A DNA stretch of 64,000 bases from Octopus bimaculoides (lineage: Eukaryota). Below, piece after piece: positions 1 through 13,409 of this stretch. The stretch covers positions 75,687,534 to 75,751,533 of the forward strand of contig NC_068982.1 of NCBI RefSeq assembly GCF_001194135.2, read 5' to 3'. Position numbers and translations under genes: made by a program. Position 1 is the stretch's first letter; each line of letters opens with the position of its first letter. The notes below the pieces were generated by a model. That model saw only the letters and a list, made by a program, of their open reading frames with translations. It was not told where the DNA came from and did not search any database.

Positions 1-606
1 AGCAAATGTAGAATCAGCAGGAAAAGAGATGAAAGTATTAATCACCTTTCAAGTGAGTGCAGCATACTTGCACAAAAGCTCAGAATTGATTGTGTAGGCA
101 AAAGAGTGCGTTGGAATGTTAGCTGAGTATGTGGCTTCAAAAACATGATATGAACACTTTTCTGATATAGAAAATGAAGATTACAGGATCTTGTGAGACC
201 TCTCTATAAAGACTGACCTTACTATTGAACCAAAAAGACTAGATATGATTATAGAGGACAAAAACAATATAAGATCATAGATTTTGAAATTCCTTTTGAT
301 AGTCAGTATCAAAGAAACTGGAAAACTTGAAAAATATCAGGATTAAGCCAGTGAACTAAGGAGACAGTGGAAGTCCAAGACAACACTTAATCTTGTGGGA
401 ATTAGTGCAATTGGCACAACACCCAAAATGCTACCTAAAAGACTGAAAAAGATTGGAATTGAAACATGCATTGTTGACCTGCAGGTAAGTACCATCCTAT
501 ATCCTGCAAGAATCCTAAGGAAGATTCTTGAGATTTGAGGAAACTTGTCACCAAACCTCAAAACCTGCTAACTAAATTAGCATGCACTAGAAGAACAACA
601 ACAACA
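1..606 (+). mobile_element. R4/Dong-like non-LTR retrotransposon, decayed 3' fragment (zinc knuckle plus restriction-like endonuclease)
   Basis: Broken-frame translation gives ESINHLSSECSILAQK, ENEDYRIL*DLSIKTD...KRLDMII, KLEKYQD*ASELRRQW...GISAIGT and LQVSTILYPARILRKILEI, matching the R4-clade C-terminus. Ends in an (ACA)n run. Confidence 0.75.
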
Positions 607-609
607 ATC

Positions 610-785
610 CTTTCTACTAAAGGCACAAGGCCTGAAGTTTTATACCAGTACATAACTGATACTTATTTCATTGGCCCCAAAAGGATAAAAAGTGAAGTTG
701 ACTTTGGCAGAACTTGAACTCCGAACATAAAGACGGATGACATGCTACTAAGCATTTTGCCTGGAGTACTAATGATTCCATCAGC
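610..785 (-). mobile_element. tRNA-derived SINE, family S1 (decayed)
   Basis: Reverse complement of the recurrent S1 sequence (...AGCTGGCAGAATCGTTAGC...GAGTTCAAATTC...CTTTGCCTTTCATCC...AATAAGTACCAG). Confidence 0.7.
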
Positions 786-1034
786 TTGCTGTCTTAATAA
801 TAATTAAAATAATAATAATAATAATAAAGCAGACCCATGAAAAGAAATAAAAAGGTTCACCTTCCTCTACAAAAAAGAAATGGAAACCTCAAAATGAAAT
901 AACAAACATAGAACAGCAACACAAGTGGTGTATTATTAGATATGTCAGTGTGAGTACACTATGATTACAAGTTGTGATGTAGACTTCTATGTATGAAAAA
1001 GAGTTGTGACAATTTAAGAAAATTATTCCATTAC

Positions 1035-1244
1035 CTGGTAATTCATAATTTTGTTGTAGGTCACAGATTTTGAATTATCGCTGCTGGAGAATGGAGTGAC
1101 GCCATAAAGCATTTCATAGCCGCACACTCCCAATGACCACCAGTCTACCTCAACACTGTATCGCTGCACACTACTAGCTGTGTTCATCTTTAGTAGTTCT
1201 GGTGCAACATAATCAGGAGTACCAACTGGTATGTGTGAAGACAC
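1035..1244 (-). CDS. CIT: Citron kinase coding exon (210 bp; activation segment to subdomain X)
   Basis: ttgtag acceptor, gtaatg donor; phase 0 at both ends. Encodes [70 protein letters not shown]. Confidence 0.94.
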
Positions 1245-1419
1245 CTACAATCAAATATGAAGGGGAAAAGATTAAAAAAACAAACAAAAACAAATCAAAT
1301 TTCCAATTATATTAAGTAAAAGTCAACACCATTGGTACTTTAGTAATTACTGACTGTCAACCGTTATATTATCATCAACCCTTGGATTTCACTGTCTCAA
1401 GTCCTAAGCCTCAAAGGGA

Positions 1420-1636
1420 TGGTTATGTAGTTTCTGTTGTGTATGAGTGACTGATATAACCTTTCCTCTCAGCAGGACACCAGTCTCTTGCAGAGTCACT
1501 CATCTGCTGCTTAGTGAACTGGAGCAATATGAAATGAAGTGTTTTACTCAAGAATATAACACATCACTTGGTTCAGGAATTGAAACCATGATCTTGTAAT
1601 CATGAGTGAAACACCCTAACCACTAGGCCATAAGCC
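1420..1636 (-). mobile_element. tRNA-derived SINE, family S3
   Basis: Reverse complement begins GGCCTAGTGGTTAGGGTG (A box), has TTCAATTCC (B box) and a TTGAGTAAAACAC...TTGCTCCAGTTCAC core. Plus-strand relative at about 10308-10500. Confidence 0.7.
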
Positions 1637-1684
1637 TTCACCTAACTTTTTACCAATATGTAAATGAACTGTAAGCTTAATATA

Positions 1685-2125
1685 ATCATCATCATCTGCA
1701 CCATACCCAATACCACTATCGTGTCAGTGTCTGCTTTTCCATGCTTGCATGCATTAGGTGGAATTTGTTGAAGCAGATTTTCTACACCCAAATACTTTTA
1801 TAGTCTTCAGCCTTCAGCTGTTTCCAAGCAAGATAATATTTCTCCATGACCAGACATGCTTCCACAGAAAATTGGAAATGAACACCACCACTTGTATGAC
1901 AGTAATGCTTGTTTACAACTACAATGTGATGTCAAGACAAGGGTACACACACACACACACACATATATGCAAATGGGCTTCTTCCAATTTACATCAACCA
2001 ATTTCACCCACTCAGCTTTTGGTTAGCCAATGGCTATAGTACAGCCTGCGACAACCTGATGTCTTCTACTATTGAACCCAAGACAACATGGTTATAAGCA
2101 AGTTTCTAAATCACACAGCCATAAC
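1685..2125 (-). mobile_element. tRNA-derived SINE, long family S2 with (CA)n insert and RTE-like tail
   Basis: Shares the blocks CTTGTTTCCAAGCAAG, CATGACCAGACATG, ACAACTACAATGTGATGTCAAGAC and TTGAACCCAAGAC with many other copies (about 8220-8700, 10990-11370, 20385-20780, 47190-47590, 47900-48290). Confidence 0.7.
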
Positions 2126-3029
2126 TGAATGTAAACTGATGTTGATGATGATATATGTATCCATAAAATATATTTATAGAAAGGTTAAGGATTTTTATCT
2201 TTTCATAAATTTAAAAATTTAATATTAAAAAATTATAACACTCAACAGTTAGAGGACGAAGGATTTCAGTTTAAAGAAAAAGGCAAATTTTTGGATATTA
2301 GAAAACAAATAATGAAAGTTTTTTTTCAATTATATTCCAAATAATGATTACATTTAGTCTCAGGTGGTTTTATATTGATGTTTGTTTGTGTAATGGCACC
2401 ATATTTCATTTGTTCATTTAGTATTATTATTACTATTATTATTATTATGTCACATCTTTATTAGCTTTATTGTTTGATATCACATTCTATTAACTTTAAA
2501 ATTGGAATTTTCTTCTTTTATCTTATTTTTATTTCTTTTTATTTGAAAACTATAACGGATTGAATTTTTTTGAACTCAGATATTGCCATCACTCTGCAAC
2601 TTGAAAAGGCATTCACGAAATAAATCATTTTAAAGAAAAACTAAAAATAAAAAAATTAAAAGTATCTAGATTAAATCTTGACTGGTTAACTGAGAGAACA
2701 AACAAACGTTACTGAGATTAATGTAAGCTATCAGTAGTGGGTGTTCTTGTTAATATCGGCATAAATTTTTAGATTATATACACAGATGTTATAGGTATTC
2801 CCAGCAGATATATTTATAAATGTACATAAATATTTTGCTATCCAAGGCAGGAGAGTTTGGCTTTCTCTTATCAGTCACATTTATCATGCTGCATCTAAAA
2901 TGCTAGATATTAACAACCAGTAAAATGTGCATTTGTTTAGCTCTATTTATATAAGAAATTGACAGTAATCATTTAGATGGTAGGTGTAAAATTCACAAGA
3001 GATAATAACAACAACAACAACAAGCATAA

Positions 3030-4115
3030 GGTTTCTGACTTAGCTCAAGGCCAACAAATTTGAGAAGTGGGGTTAATCGATAGAATCGATTCCAGAATTT
3101 GACAGGTACTATATTTTATTGACCACTCTAAAAGGATGAAATTGACCATGGTGGAGTTTGAGCTCAGAGTGTATGAAGCTGAAAGAAATACTGCAAAGCA
3201 ATTTTTCTGATACTCTAATGGTTCTGCCAGCTCATCAAGAATAATGATTTCAAATTTTGCTACAAGGCTAGCAATTCTGGGGGAGGGGGTAAGTTGATTA
3301 CATTAACCCCCCAGTGTTCATATGGTCATCATCATCATTTAATGTCTGTTGTTCATACTGGCATAGGTTGGATGGTTTGACCGGGCTGGCATGCTGCACA
3401 AGACTCCAGTCTGATTTGGCATGGTTTTCTACAGCTGGATGCTCTTACTAATGCCAACCACTCTGAGAGTGTAATGGGTGCTTTTACGTGCCACTGACAC
3501 AGGTGCCATTTGTGTGACACTGGGGTGCTTTTTATGTTCCACTGCTATCTGTAATGACTGTGATTTTGCTTGGCTTGATGGGTCTTCTTCTCAAGCACGA
3601 CAATGCCAAAGGTCTCAGTCATTGCCTCCATGGTACTTATTTTTATTGACCCCAAAAGGATGAAAGGCAAAGTCGACCACAGCGGAATTTGAACTCAGAA
3701 CATAAAGACAGATGAAATGCCACTAAACATTTTGCCTGCTGTGCTAACAATTCTGCCACCTTCAATATTAACCCTTTCTACTATAAGAAGGCCTGAAATT
3801 TTGGGAGTAAGGGATTAATCAATTACATCAACCCTTGTATTTCACTGATGCTTATTTTATCTACCCCAAAAGGATGAAAAGAAAAGTCAACCTCAGCAAA
3901 ATTTGAACCCAGAATGTAAAGTTGGAACAAATGTTGCAAAGCATTTTATTCAATGCACTAACAATTCTGCCAGACCACTTAATTATTTCAGATTTTGGCA
4001 CAAGGCTAGCAATTTTAGGGGCCACTTGAATATATTGACCCCAGCACTTGACTGGTGCTTTCTTTTATTGACCTTGAAAGTAGACCTCAGTGGAATTCAA
4101 ACTCAGAACATAATG
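3030..4115 (-). mobile_element. Cluster of S1 SINE copies with an embedded RTE 3' tail (about 3325-3630)
   Basis: Four or more S1 copies in the same orientation (repeated TTTGAACTCAGAAC, GGCAAAGTCGACC). The RTE tail begins CATCATCATCATTTAATGTC and includes GGGTGCTTTTACGTGCCAC. Confidence 0.7.
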
Positions 4116-4587
4116 TGCTAGCACAAGAAGGATAGTTTGACAGGATCCAATGAGCTCTAATGTCTGTTTTGGCATGATTTCTATAGCTCGGTGTCTTTCC
4201 TAATGCCAACTCTATCAAATTAACTCACAAGGCTTTGGTTGATCCATGGCTATAGTAGAAGACAATTGCCCAAGGTACCATATTGTAAACTGAACTCAAA
4301 ACCATGTGGTTGGGAAGTATTATCCACCTTATCATCATCATCATTTAACATCTGCCTTCCATAATGGCATGGGTTGGATGGTTTGATAGGAGCGAGTCAA
4401 GTAGAAGACTACACCAGGCTACTACTGTCTGTTTTGGCATGGTTTTTACAGCTGGATTCCTTCTTAACATCTAACATAAAAGTATTTAAAAACATGAAAT
4501 GAATCCTAATGTATTTAGGGTGACAGTGTGTGTATTTCTAACTGCATAGAATCCAAGTTTAGTTTAAATTTTATCAATAATCATTGA

Positions 4588-4735
4588 GTGGTTGGCGTTA
4601 GGAAGGGCATCCAGTTGTAGAAACTCTGCCAAATCAGATTGGAGCCTAGTGTAGCCATCTGGTTCACCAGTCCTCAGTCAAATCATCCAACCCATGCTAG
4701 CATGGAAAGTGGACGTTTCATGATGATGATGATGA
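4588..4735 (+). mobile_element. RTE 3'-tail fragment ending in (GAT)n
   Basis: GAGTGGTTGGCGTTAGGAAGGGCATCCAG...CCAACCCATGCTAGCATGGAAAGTGGACGTT...GATGATGAT is nearly identical to the 3' end of the long RTE at 51485-51630. Confidence 0.8.
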
Positions 4736-5742
4736 AATTGTTGGTGCTCGTATGGCAGGCACTAGTGTGATGAAAACAACCGAAATGTTTGGTATATCAA
4801 GAAGTACTGTCTTGAAAGTAATGACAGCCTTTGAGAAAGAGGGAAAAACCTCCTCGTTGAAACAAAACTCCGGAAGAAAACCAAAACTTTCAGGTAAGAA
4901 CCGTCGGACTCTTACACAAATCGTTAGAAAGGATCACAAAAGTACAGCTCCCAAAATTACTGCAGAGCTTAATGATCACCTCAAGAATCCACTTTCCACA
5001 AAAACTGTTCGCTGGGAGCTGCACAAAGCCAGATTTCATGGGAGGGCTGCAATCAGAAAACCACTACTTTCAAAAACAAATGTTGCAAAGTAAAAACCTA
5101 CAGAATTGGTCCCTAGAGTACTGGAAGAATGTTATTTTCTTGGACGAGTCATGCTTTACCTTATTTCCAACCACCGGCTGAGTATACATGTGGAGACAGC
5201 CAAAAGAAGCATTTGAACCAGATTGCCTTCTTCCAACTGTTAAACTTGGAGAAGGATCTGTGATGATNNNNNNNNNNCTCAATGGTTTCCCTTCATGGCA
5301 GAATTAATAGTCAAGACTATTTAAGCATTTTACCTGATCAAATTCATCCTATGGTTGCGGAACTGTTTCCAGAGGAAAACGCAATCTTTCAGGATGATAA
5401 TGCACCAATTCACACAGCTAAAGTTGTTAGTGAATGGTACAAGGAACATTCTAGTGAAGTTGAATATCTTATCTGGCCAGATCTCAATATTATTGAATAT
5501 TTATAGTGCATTTTAAAAAAGCAAGTAAGGAGTTGATATCCTCCACCATCATCATTACAAGAACTGGAGACTGTTTTAGCTGAAGAATGGACAAAAATTC
5601 CTTTGGAAACAATTCAAACTTTGTACGAGTCCATACTTTGTAGAATTTAAGCTGTAATTACTGCCAAAGGCAGTCCTACACCATATTAAAATAAATTTGC
5701 TTGAAATTTTAAGATATTTCCATTATTTTGTCCAACCCCTGT
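4736..5742 (+). mobile_element. Tc1-like DNA transposon, 5'-truncated, right TIR retained
   Basis: Transposase fragments SGRKPKLS, WKNVIFLDESCFTLF and FQDDNAPIHTAK...WPDLNIIE. TTTCCATTATTTTGTCCAACCCCTG near 5717-5741 is the reverse complement of the left TIR at 57176. N gap at 5268-5277. Confidence 0.88.
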
Positions 5743-6479
5743 TGGCATGTGTCGGACAGCTTGAGAGGGTCTGATAAGCCACATAACTACATCAAGCTCC
5801 TATGTCAGCTTTGGCATGGTTTTTAAGGCTGGATGCCGTTCTTAATGTCAAACCACTTTTACAAGGTGTACTAGATGCTTTTTTTTTTTGTGACACCACC
5901 ACTTTTAAGGTCACCAAGTAATTTGCATACAAGAAAAATGTCCCCTTGATTGAGTGAGAAGGGTTGAGAGGGGGAGGTGACTATACCAGGTGTTGGGGAG
6001 GCTAAACTATGACAGAAGGACAAGCACAAGTGTCTTACTATAGAGAAGATATAAAACCACCCCACATATATGAGGGTAGGTAGGAGTAGCTAGAAAGAAG
6101 ATAGAGAGGGTGGTAATAGTATGCCAAGTCATCGCAAAGCACAAGAAAGTGAGTACAAGAGAACAAGAGGGGGAAGGGTGTATAATTCCATAAGTGTCAG
6201 ATGGTTAAAGATGACAGGAGGGGTGAATGTCGTGATGAACAAGGGTGGAAGTGTGGTTAATGAGAAATATCAGAATGGAGGGGAGTAAAATGAGGTGAGA
6301 GAGATGTGGTTCAGGAAGGAGGATAAATGAAAATGTACGGGGATGGTGTGTAGGGTGAAGTTCAGTGACAGAGATGGAGGTTAAAGGTGCATCAAGGTGG
6401 CTATAGAATGTAGCAGAGGTGGGACATTTGGAAAAAAGTGGTAATGACCACCATTCTCCAACTGTTCCATTGCTCATCA

Positions 6480-7260
6480 TCAATTGCACTCCACTACTAC
6501 ATTCACCAACTGCATCATTAGTCTTCCCTCGTGTCAACTACTGCTCTCCCCCACCACTGCTGACCTTCGTTAACTGCACCACCTCCATACACTAACTGCA
6601 TCATCATTTACCAACCACTGTACCAGCTGTATGTCTATTCTCCTTCAACTGCACCACTTCACCTCCACCATTTTACTACCATTCATCATTCTTTCCTCAA
6701 CTGCACAACCATTTTTCTCAAATGGCACTGCCCAGACTGCATCAGTATTATTCCTGAACTGTATCCCCATCATTTTACCAAGTGCACCATCACTCATTAG
6801 AAAATGCATCATCACAGATCATCAACTGCATCAGTACCATAGGGAACCCGCTATGTAGTTGCTTGCCCTATTCGAAATAGCAAGCAAATCTCCCTCAATC
6901 ACACTCCAGCATCTCCAAAATGTACAACATTGGATAATGTGGTCCTGAGTTCCCAGCACAAAGGAAAAAAATGGGATGGTCACAGCTGGATTGACTTCAG
7001 TTATCAGTCTGCACAATCAGGGCTGAACTGAGGATAAACAACAGCAACAATGGCCATCTGCACCATCACCTTTCACTAACTGTACTACTATCATTACTAC
7101 CAGTATTCTTCACTAACTGCACCAACATCATCGCTCACCAACTGCACTCCCACTCTTCCCCAACTGCAACACCACCATGTTTACCAGCTGCATCGTCACT
7201 TTCCACTCTCTGCTTTACCATACTTTGTGCCACCACCATTTTTCAGTTACTGTATCACTA
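6480..7260. repeat. Degenerate minisatellite of about 20 bp with AACTGCA(C/T) core, interrupted by an (AAC)n-tailed repeat at about 6860-7045
   Basis: About 20 recurrences of (C/T)AACTGCA-like motifs separated by C/A-rich spacers. Confidence 0.6.
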
Positions 7261-7347
7261 TTCTTCCCTTCCTCACAAACCCCTACACAACTACCCCACT
7301 TTATTGAGCATCTGCAAAAAAAAATAAATAAATAAATAAAGACATAC

Positions 7348-7441
7348 CAAATTTTTGGATGACATTTTTGCAGCAGAACCAAAATCAGCAAGTCTGATGT
7401 GTCCATTTCTATCAAGCAATACATTCTCTGGTTTAATATCT
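7348..7441 (-). CDS. CIT: Citron kinase coding exon (94 bp; catalytic loop and DFG)
   Basis: aatgcag acceptor after a pyrimidine tract, gtatgt donor; phase 2 in, phase 0 out. Encodes (R)[31 protein letters not shown]; DFGSAAK is citron-like. Confidence 0.94.
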
Positions 7442-7790
7442 CTGCATTGGAAGGAGGAAGGAAAAATCAATAGAAAGAAATCAGCAGAAAGTAGCAATAA
7501 AACATTAGTATGGCATGAATAAGAGAAAATGCTTTGATATAAATGACAGCCAGTCAGAATATAGCTGTCACTCTTGCTCAAAATTTGTAGCCATTAAAAA
7601 TAAAAATAATAATGAAAATAAGTGGTTATAGACTTTTAAGGTTAACTACTACTTTTGGAAGAATTTCAATAGTAAATGGCTTGAAGTATCATTCATCTTG
7701 AAAACAAAACAATCTTCGAAAGTAGGTTCTTTAGATTAAAAAAAAATAGAAGTTATAATTTTATTCATGAGTGCCTGTGTTCATTTAAAT

Positions 7791-8083
7791 CAGGGGTCGG
7801 AAAGCTATATCATTGATCTCCTCATGGAACCCTTGATAAAATATTGACCCCCATCATGTAAATTTCAAAAATACAAAGTATAATTAATAAAAAATAAAAT
7901 TTTTGATTTAAAAATAATAATTCCTTTGTTCTTTTGAGTCAATATTGCATTTTTAATAAGAAATATTTTTAAAAAAATTAATGAAAATAATGAAATTGAT
8001 AAAGAGCAATAAAATTCAGTCACTTTATATTGACCTTAGATAGCCCCACAAGGGGTCAATATTGTCCACTTTGTTGATCCCTG
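7791..8083. mobile_element. Non-autonomous hAT-type MITE
   Basis: Termini CAGGGGTC...GATCCCTG, flanked on both sides by 8-bp ATTTAAAT (7783-7790 and 8084-8091); no ORF. Confidence 0.75.
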
Positions 8084-9562
8084 ATTTAAATGAACCTTTC
8101 AAAGTAACTTGTCAAACTCTGTTCTTTCCTGCTTTCTAACTTAAATCTCAAAGGAATTCAGTGAACACAAGTGGCTCTAAGAAAACAAGACATTAACCAT
8201 TTTAGGCTTTGATTATAATGAAATCATCATCGTCATTTTAACATCTACTTTTCCAGCCAGTATAGGTTAGATGGAATTCATTGAGACAAATTTTTTATAG
8301 CTGGATGCCTTTCCTGTTACCAACCTCATTTATTTCCAAGCAAGGTAACATTTCCTCATGGCCATGTATATTTTTCACAGAAGGCTGGAAACAAATGAGA
8401 CTGCTAGTATGTTGGTGATGCTCATTTACAATTATCATGTGGTGTCAAGATAAAGGGGCACACACATATATGTTTACCTCGCTCTGTATATATGTGTGTA
8501 CTTGTGCATGTGAAAATGTATATTACATATATAAATACAGATACATACATTTACAGCAGCTTCTTTCCCATCTGCCAAATCCACTCGGTTGGCCCAGGGC
8601 TATAGTACAAGACAGCCCAAGGTGCTGTACAGCAGGGATTGAACCCAAAACCATATGGTTGGGTAACAAGCTTCTTAACCACATAGCCAAGCAAATGAAA
8701 TGCTCGCTAATAATGAATCACAAGATTTTTGTGACTTTAACCTTTCTTACAACACTTTATTAGCTTCTGTATTTAATTGTCTTGGAAATATCTTATCTTG
8801 ACAATTGTTATTAACTTTTGGCTTACCCATTTAGTAGCATAACACCTAATTTGAGTAATTTTTTTTATCATATGTATTTTTCCCCCTTCAAAATGACACA
8901 TATAGAATTTGTTAACTGACTGACACAAACAAATTTGACAGTACATTTGATAGGTTTTCTCACACAATGTACAAAATACCAAAAAGAAATGTATATTTTA
9001 CCATTACTGCACACAAACCTTACTATTTCTAATGTCAGCAATAGTGGAAATGAAAAAAAGAAATGAATTTCAACCAGATGTAAACAAATACAGTAATAAA
9101 TGTTTAATGTGTTAACAAGATCAACTAATGTTAGAGCCAACACTAAAATTAGATCTTATTTAAAATCATGGTAAAGTCTATCTAAAAAGATCTTAAATCT
9201 ATAAACACACTGGGTCAAAATTTGTCCTAGTTTCCATGATGTTTAAGTAACTGTGAATAGAGTACTCACAGAATGGAACACTAATCCATTGCAGAATTAA
9301 GCACTTATTTTCATCTTTCTGATGCAACAGCAAATTCCTACAAGGCATGGTAATTTACTAATGAAATGAAATTTCACAGATATCATCAGTGTTTTAATGT
9401 TCACTTTTCTGTGCTTGCATTTTCTGTGGTCCCCTTTTTCTATGGAGAGGTAAGGAGCTATAAATGCATCTTTTTAAATGTTCTACTCCTTAAATTTTTT
9501 TTTTTTTCTTTTCAATTTTTATTGTGTGTGTGTGAATCATCTGGTAATATTAGTGGTCAGAA

Positions 9563-9779
9563 ATTAAGGAGGTAAGTTGGCAGAATTGTTAGCATACTGG
9601 GCAAAATACTTAGTGGCATTTTGTCTGTCTTTATGTTTTGAGTTCAAATTCTACCAAGGGCAATTTTGCTTTTCATCCTTTCAGAGTTGATAAAATAAGT
9701 ATTTGTTGAGCATTGGGGTTGATGTAATCAACTTACCCACTTCCCTGAAATTGCTGGCCTTGCGCCAAAATTTGAAATC
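9563..9779 (+). mobile_element. S1 SINE with a 17-bp target-site duplication
   Basis: AATATTAGTGGTCAGAA at both 9546-9562 and 9780-9796. A-box-like AGTTGGCAGAATTGTTAGC and B box GAGTTCAAATTC. Confidence 0.88.
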
Positions 9780-10307
9780 AATATTAGTGGTCAGAATGTT
9801 TTGACATTCCATATTATATTGATAAAATGATTACTTCTACTGACCATCAACCAGTCACTGCAATTCACTGTGGTGAATTTAACAAAGCAAGGCAGGTGTT
9901 GAAAAAGTGTTAGTAAAGAAGAGAAAAAGGAGCAATATTTAAAAAATGAGAACTACTGAGTTATTTTTCTTTTTTACATCTTCTACACAATAAGGAAGTA
10001 GTATCCATGACCTTTACAGGACCTCTGAGACTGTGGGGAGGGAGGAAGCATCCTCAAGCTAAAAGTATGGCCTGAATGCTTGTAACAGAGTGGACTCTCC
10101 TAAAGGTATCCAAGGTGCTAAGTGGTGGTGTTAAAACTGAGTGACAGGTTAAGCCTATTACTGAAGTAAGCCATGACTGGATTTGAACACAGAATGAAAG
10201 GGCCAGAACAAAAACAGCCATCTGGTTCAACTTTCTTACAGTTATACTAATTCACTACCTTGGATTGGTACATTTTTATCAACTCTAAAACAATGAAAAG
10301 TGAAGGT

Positions 10308-10500
10308 ATGTGGCCTAGTGGTTAGGGTGTTGTACCCATAATCGTAAAACCATAATTTCAATTCCCTGACTGGGCAGTACATTTTGTTCTTGAGCAAAAC
10401 AATTGCTCCAGTTCACTCAGTTTAAAATGAATAACCATGCAATGAACTAGTATCCAGTTCAGGGGGAATATTGTGATCTTGGTCACTTATATTCCATAAA
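10308..10500 (+). mobile_element. tRNA-derived SINE, family S3
   Basis: TGGCCTAGTGGTTAGGGTG...TTCAATTCC...TTCTTGAGCAAAAC...TTGCTCCAGTTCACTCAG. Confidence 0.7.
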
Positions 10501-13409
10501 AACTGACTAACCAGCTTGATGATTGTTATAGCTGAAGACAGAACTAACATTCACTCTAAAAAGATGACAAGGCAAAGCTGACCATGGTGAAATTTGATCC
10601 CAGAGAGCAGAGAATAAGAACTTAAACACTATATTTCACTAAAACCAACATAAAAAAAAAAAAATGCATATGTTTGGGTTTGGGTTTAGTCACGGAATGG
10701 TTATGTGGATGAATTACAAGTCTACACAAGAAAGACAGCCTGTACTAAAAGAAATGTTAAATTTCAAAAGAGATTTAGCTGCCAAAACAACTTATAAATA
10801 ATTCCTATTGCTGACATTTATTTATTTTAGTTCTAACAATGGCATTGTTAGTGCTTATAGTCAGTTGACTGTTGTTGTTTAGCCTCAGGTCAGCACTAAT
10901 AAAGTAGCCCTATAAACAAAGGCATTCCAGACATGACCACACCATCTGAGTATTTTTTTATTCAAGTAGTCATATTAGATTAATCAGTGCCATCATAATT
11001 TAATGTCTATTTTCCATACTTTCGTGGGTCAGATGACATGAATCAGATTTTCTATAGATTGATGCTCTTTCTGTCACCAACCCTTACTTGTTTCCAAGCA
11101 AAGTAATAGACATGTTTTTCATAGAAGACCAGTAATGAATATGTTGTCTGTATGGTGGTGATGCTTGTTTGCAAGCATCACGATATCAAGACAAACAAGT
11201 ACGCATGCGCACACACACAAGTGGCTCCTGTAAGTTTCTGTCTACCAAATCCACGCACAAAGCTTTGGCTGGCCTGGGGTTATAGAAGACACTTGCCCAA
11301 TGTGTGACACAGTGGAACTGAACCCAAGTCTACATGCTTAGGAAGCAAATTTTTTTACCCACTCAGCCAATGTGTCTTTTTTTTTTTTTCTTTTAAGACA
11401 GTAGAGTGAGATTTAAAAGGATTTGGCTGCTATTTCTACATGAAAAGGCTTGAAAAGAACATATCATCTTAGTTCATAGGAAGTAAACAACTGGCACATC
11501 AATGACACCTACAGCAATAAGCTGAGCATGTTAGATATATAATATATAATACTAAAACTTTCCATTCCAAAATGTGCCTGGTAAAAATTTTAAAAACTTG
11601 TTTCTGAAAATATTTTTTAAAGCATTTTCTTATGACCATTTTAAAAGTCCATTTAGCAAAATCTCTGGAAATATATTATCCCTTGCCTAGTTTCTGCCAA
11701 TATGTTCTTGAAACAGGTTGTTTGTAATATTTTCTCTAACCTAGAAATATTTTGTTCCTCTAATATTTCTAGCAGCAGTGTTATCAATGCTCCACTGAAA
11801 CTTGCTTTTTATTTTTATGAACTCATATTTACTTTTCTCATCTGTGTTGGCTTTTCTCTTTGCTAAAAATTGGCAAAGAGAAACAGATATATTGTTTATT
11901 AAATTACCTATGTAATTATGAAATTACACAAGAAGACATGAGAAGTAGTAGTGAAGATAACTGTATTCTGTAAGTGAGAGGGGTAGACACACAGATGTAA
12001 TGATATCCAGACTCATTAAATCCAGTCCAGCACTGAAAAATAGAGACGTGAAGAAAATGAATGGTGATGATGATGATGATGATGATGAATATTTCAAATG
12101 TGTCTACCTTTTCTTTTAATCCAGATGCAAATCACATACATAAGAGATTTAATTTTCTAATTTTACTTGCTATTTAATATTGACAACACAGTTAAATGAC
12201 AAATAAACTTAGAATTTTAAATATATTGGGTATTAACAAAAGAGTTAGGCACATTTTAAATATTCACCAACAACAAATATCTTTTTCACTTGAGATAAAT
12301 TGGCGGGGTGCTGTTTCTATTTTGACAGTAAACCCCTAATCTCCAGGCCAACTTCAGACCAGTTTAAACACTGCCAACCAATTGGTAGGGATCAGTAAAA
12401 CTAGTCTCTTTTTGAAATGAAGCCACTTCATTTGATATATAATGATTTGTAATTAATTATCCTTTTGTCTCTTTCACTTAATTATAATTGCTTTATGTGT
12501 GAAGGTTTTATATTTATTTTTATATGATTTTGTCTCAAAGTTTGAGGCCACTGTAGCATAAGGTACTACAAAGATGGAAAAGAAGGGGGAAAACAAATTC
12601 AAAAGATGTTGATTGACAGAAGACTTAAAGAATTAAAAGTCATAGACCAGAGGAAAACAAGATGATGATAATGAGTTCCAGGGAGCAGCATTTGAGAAAA
12701 GGAGCTATTACAATAAAAGGACTTATGACTAACTGGAAGCAACAGAAAACCCATGCAACTGTGAAGAGAATTGGGTAACATGTTTAAAGGTCATGACAAG
12801 GGTACTAGACTCCAGCCTAGTAAAAAGAAGTGGGCACACTATGTTAACAGCTTGATTCTGAATTCAAACAAGTTAAAGATTGAGAGGAAGCACCAGCCCA
12901 AAGATGACAGCAACATTCAATGCAAGGTTAAATGGTGGCCTTATAGAGACACAAGATACTCTTAGCTGTAAGAAATTTGCAAGCACAGAAGAGAGATCCA
13001 ACTTTGGCAGCTGACATGACAATGGACTGAGCAGATTTATTCCATGAGAAATCTTTGGTCAAAGTCAAGCCAAAAAGTTGGATACTCTAGCTTTCTGGAA
13101 GATCTGCCCATAACACTGGAGGGAAAAAAATGGTTGCCTATAACAATTAATTAACAAAAGCTTTGTTTTGCCAGGATTAAAACTTACCAGCCAAGCATTA
13201 TCCCACTCTACAACCGTGCAAAGACCATCCTTGAGAAAGACATCTTGTTCAAGGTTATATTAACTAATATATACCAAGACTACTTACTAATACATTATTT
13301 TTCTTTTATTTCACTCGCTACAATTCTTAGTCATCTTATTTGCAATTTTATCCCACTACATTGTTTCTAGGCTTTGTCAAGATAAAATATAAATTTGAAC
13401 TGTACTAAC

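Noticed and set aside
10308-10380. tRNA gene-like A and B boxes
   Set aside because: No complete cloverleaf; continues into SINE core sequence found in several copies.
12780-13060. Possible RTE C-terminal remnant (KKKWAHYVNSL)
   Set aside because: Too degenerate to support by eye.
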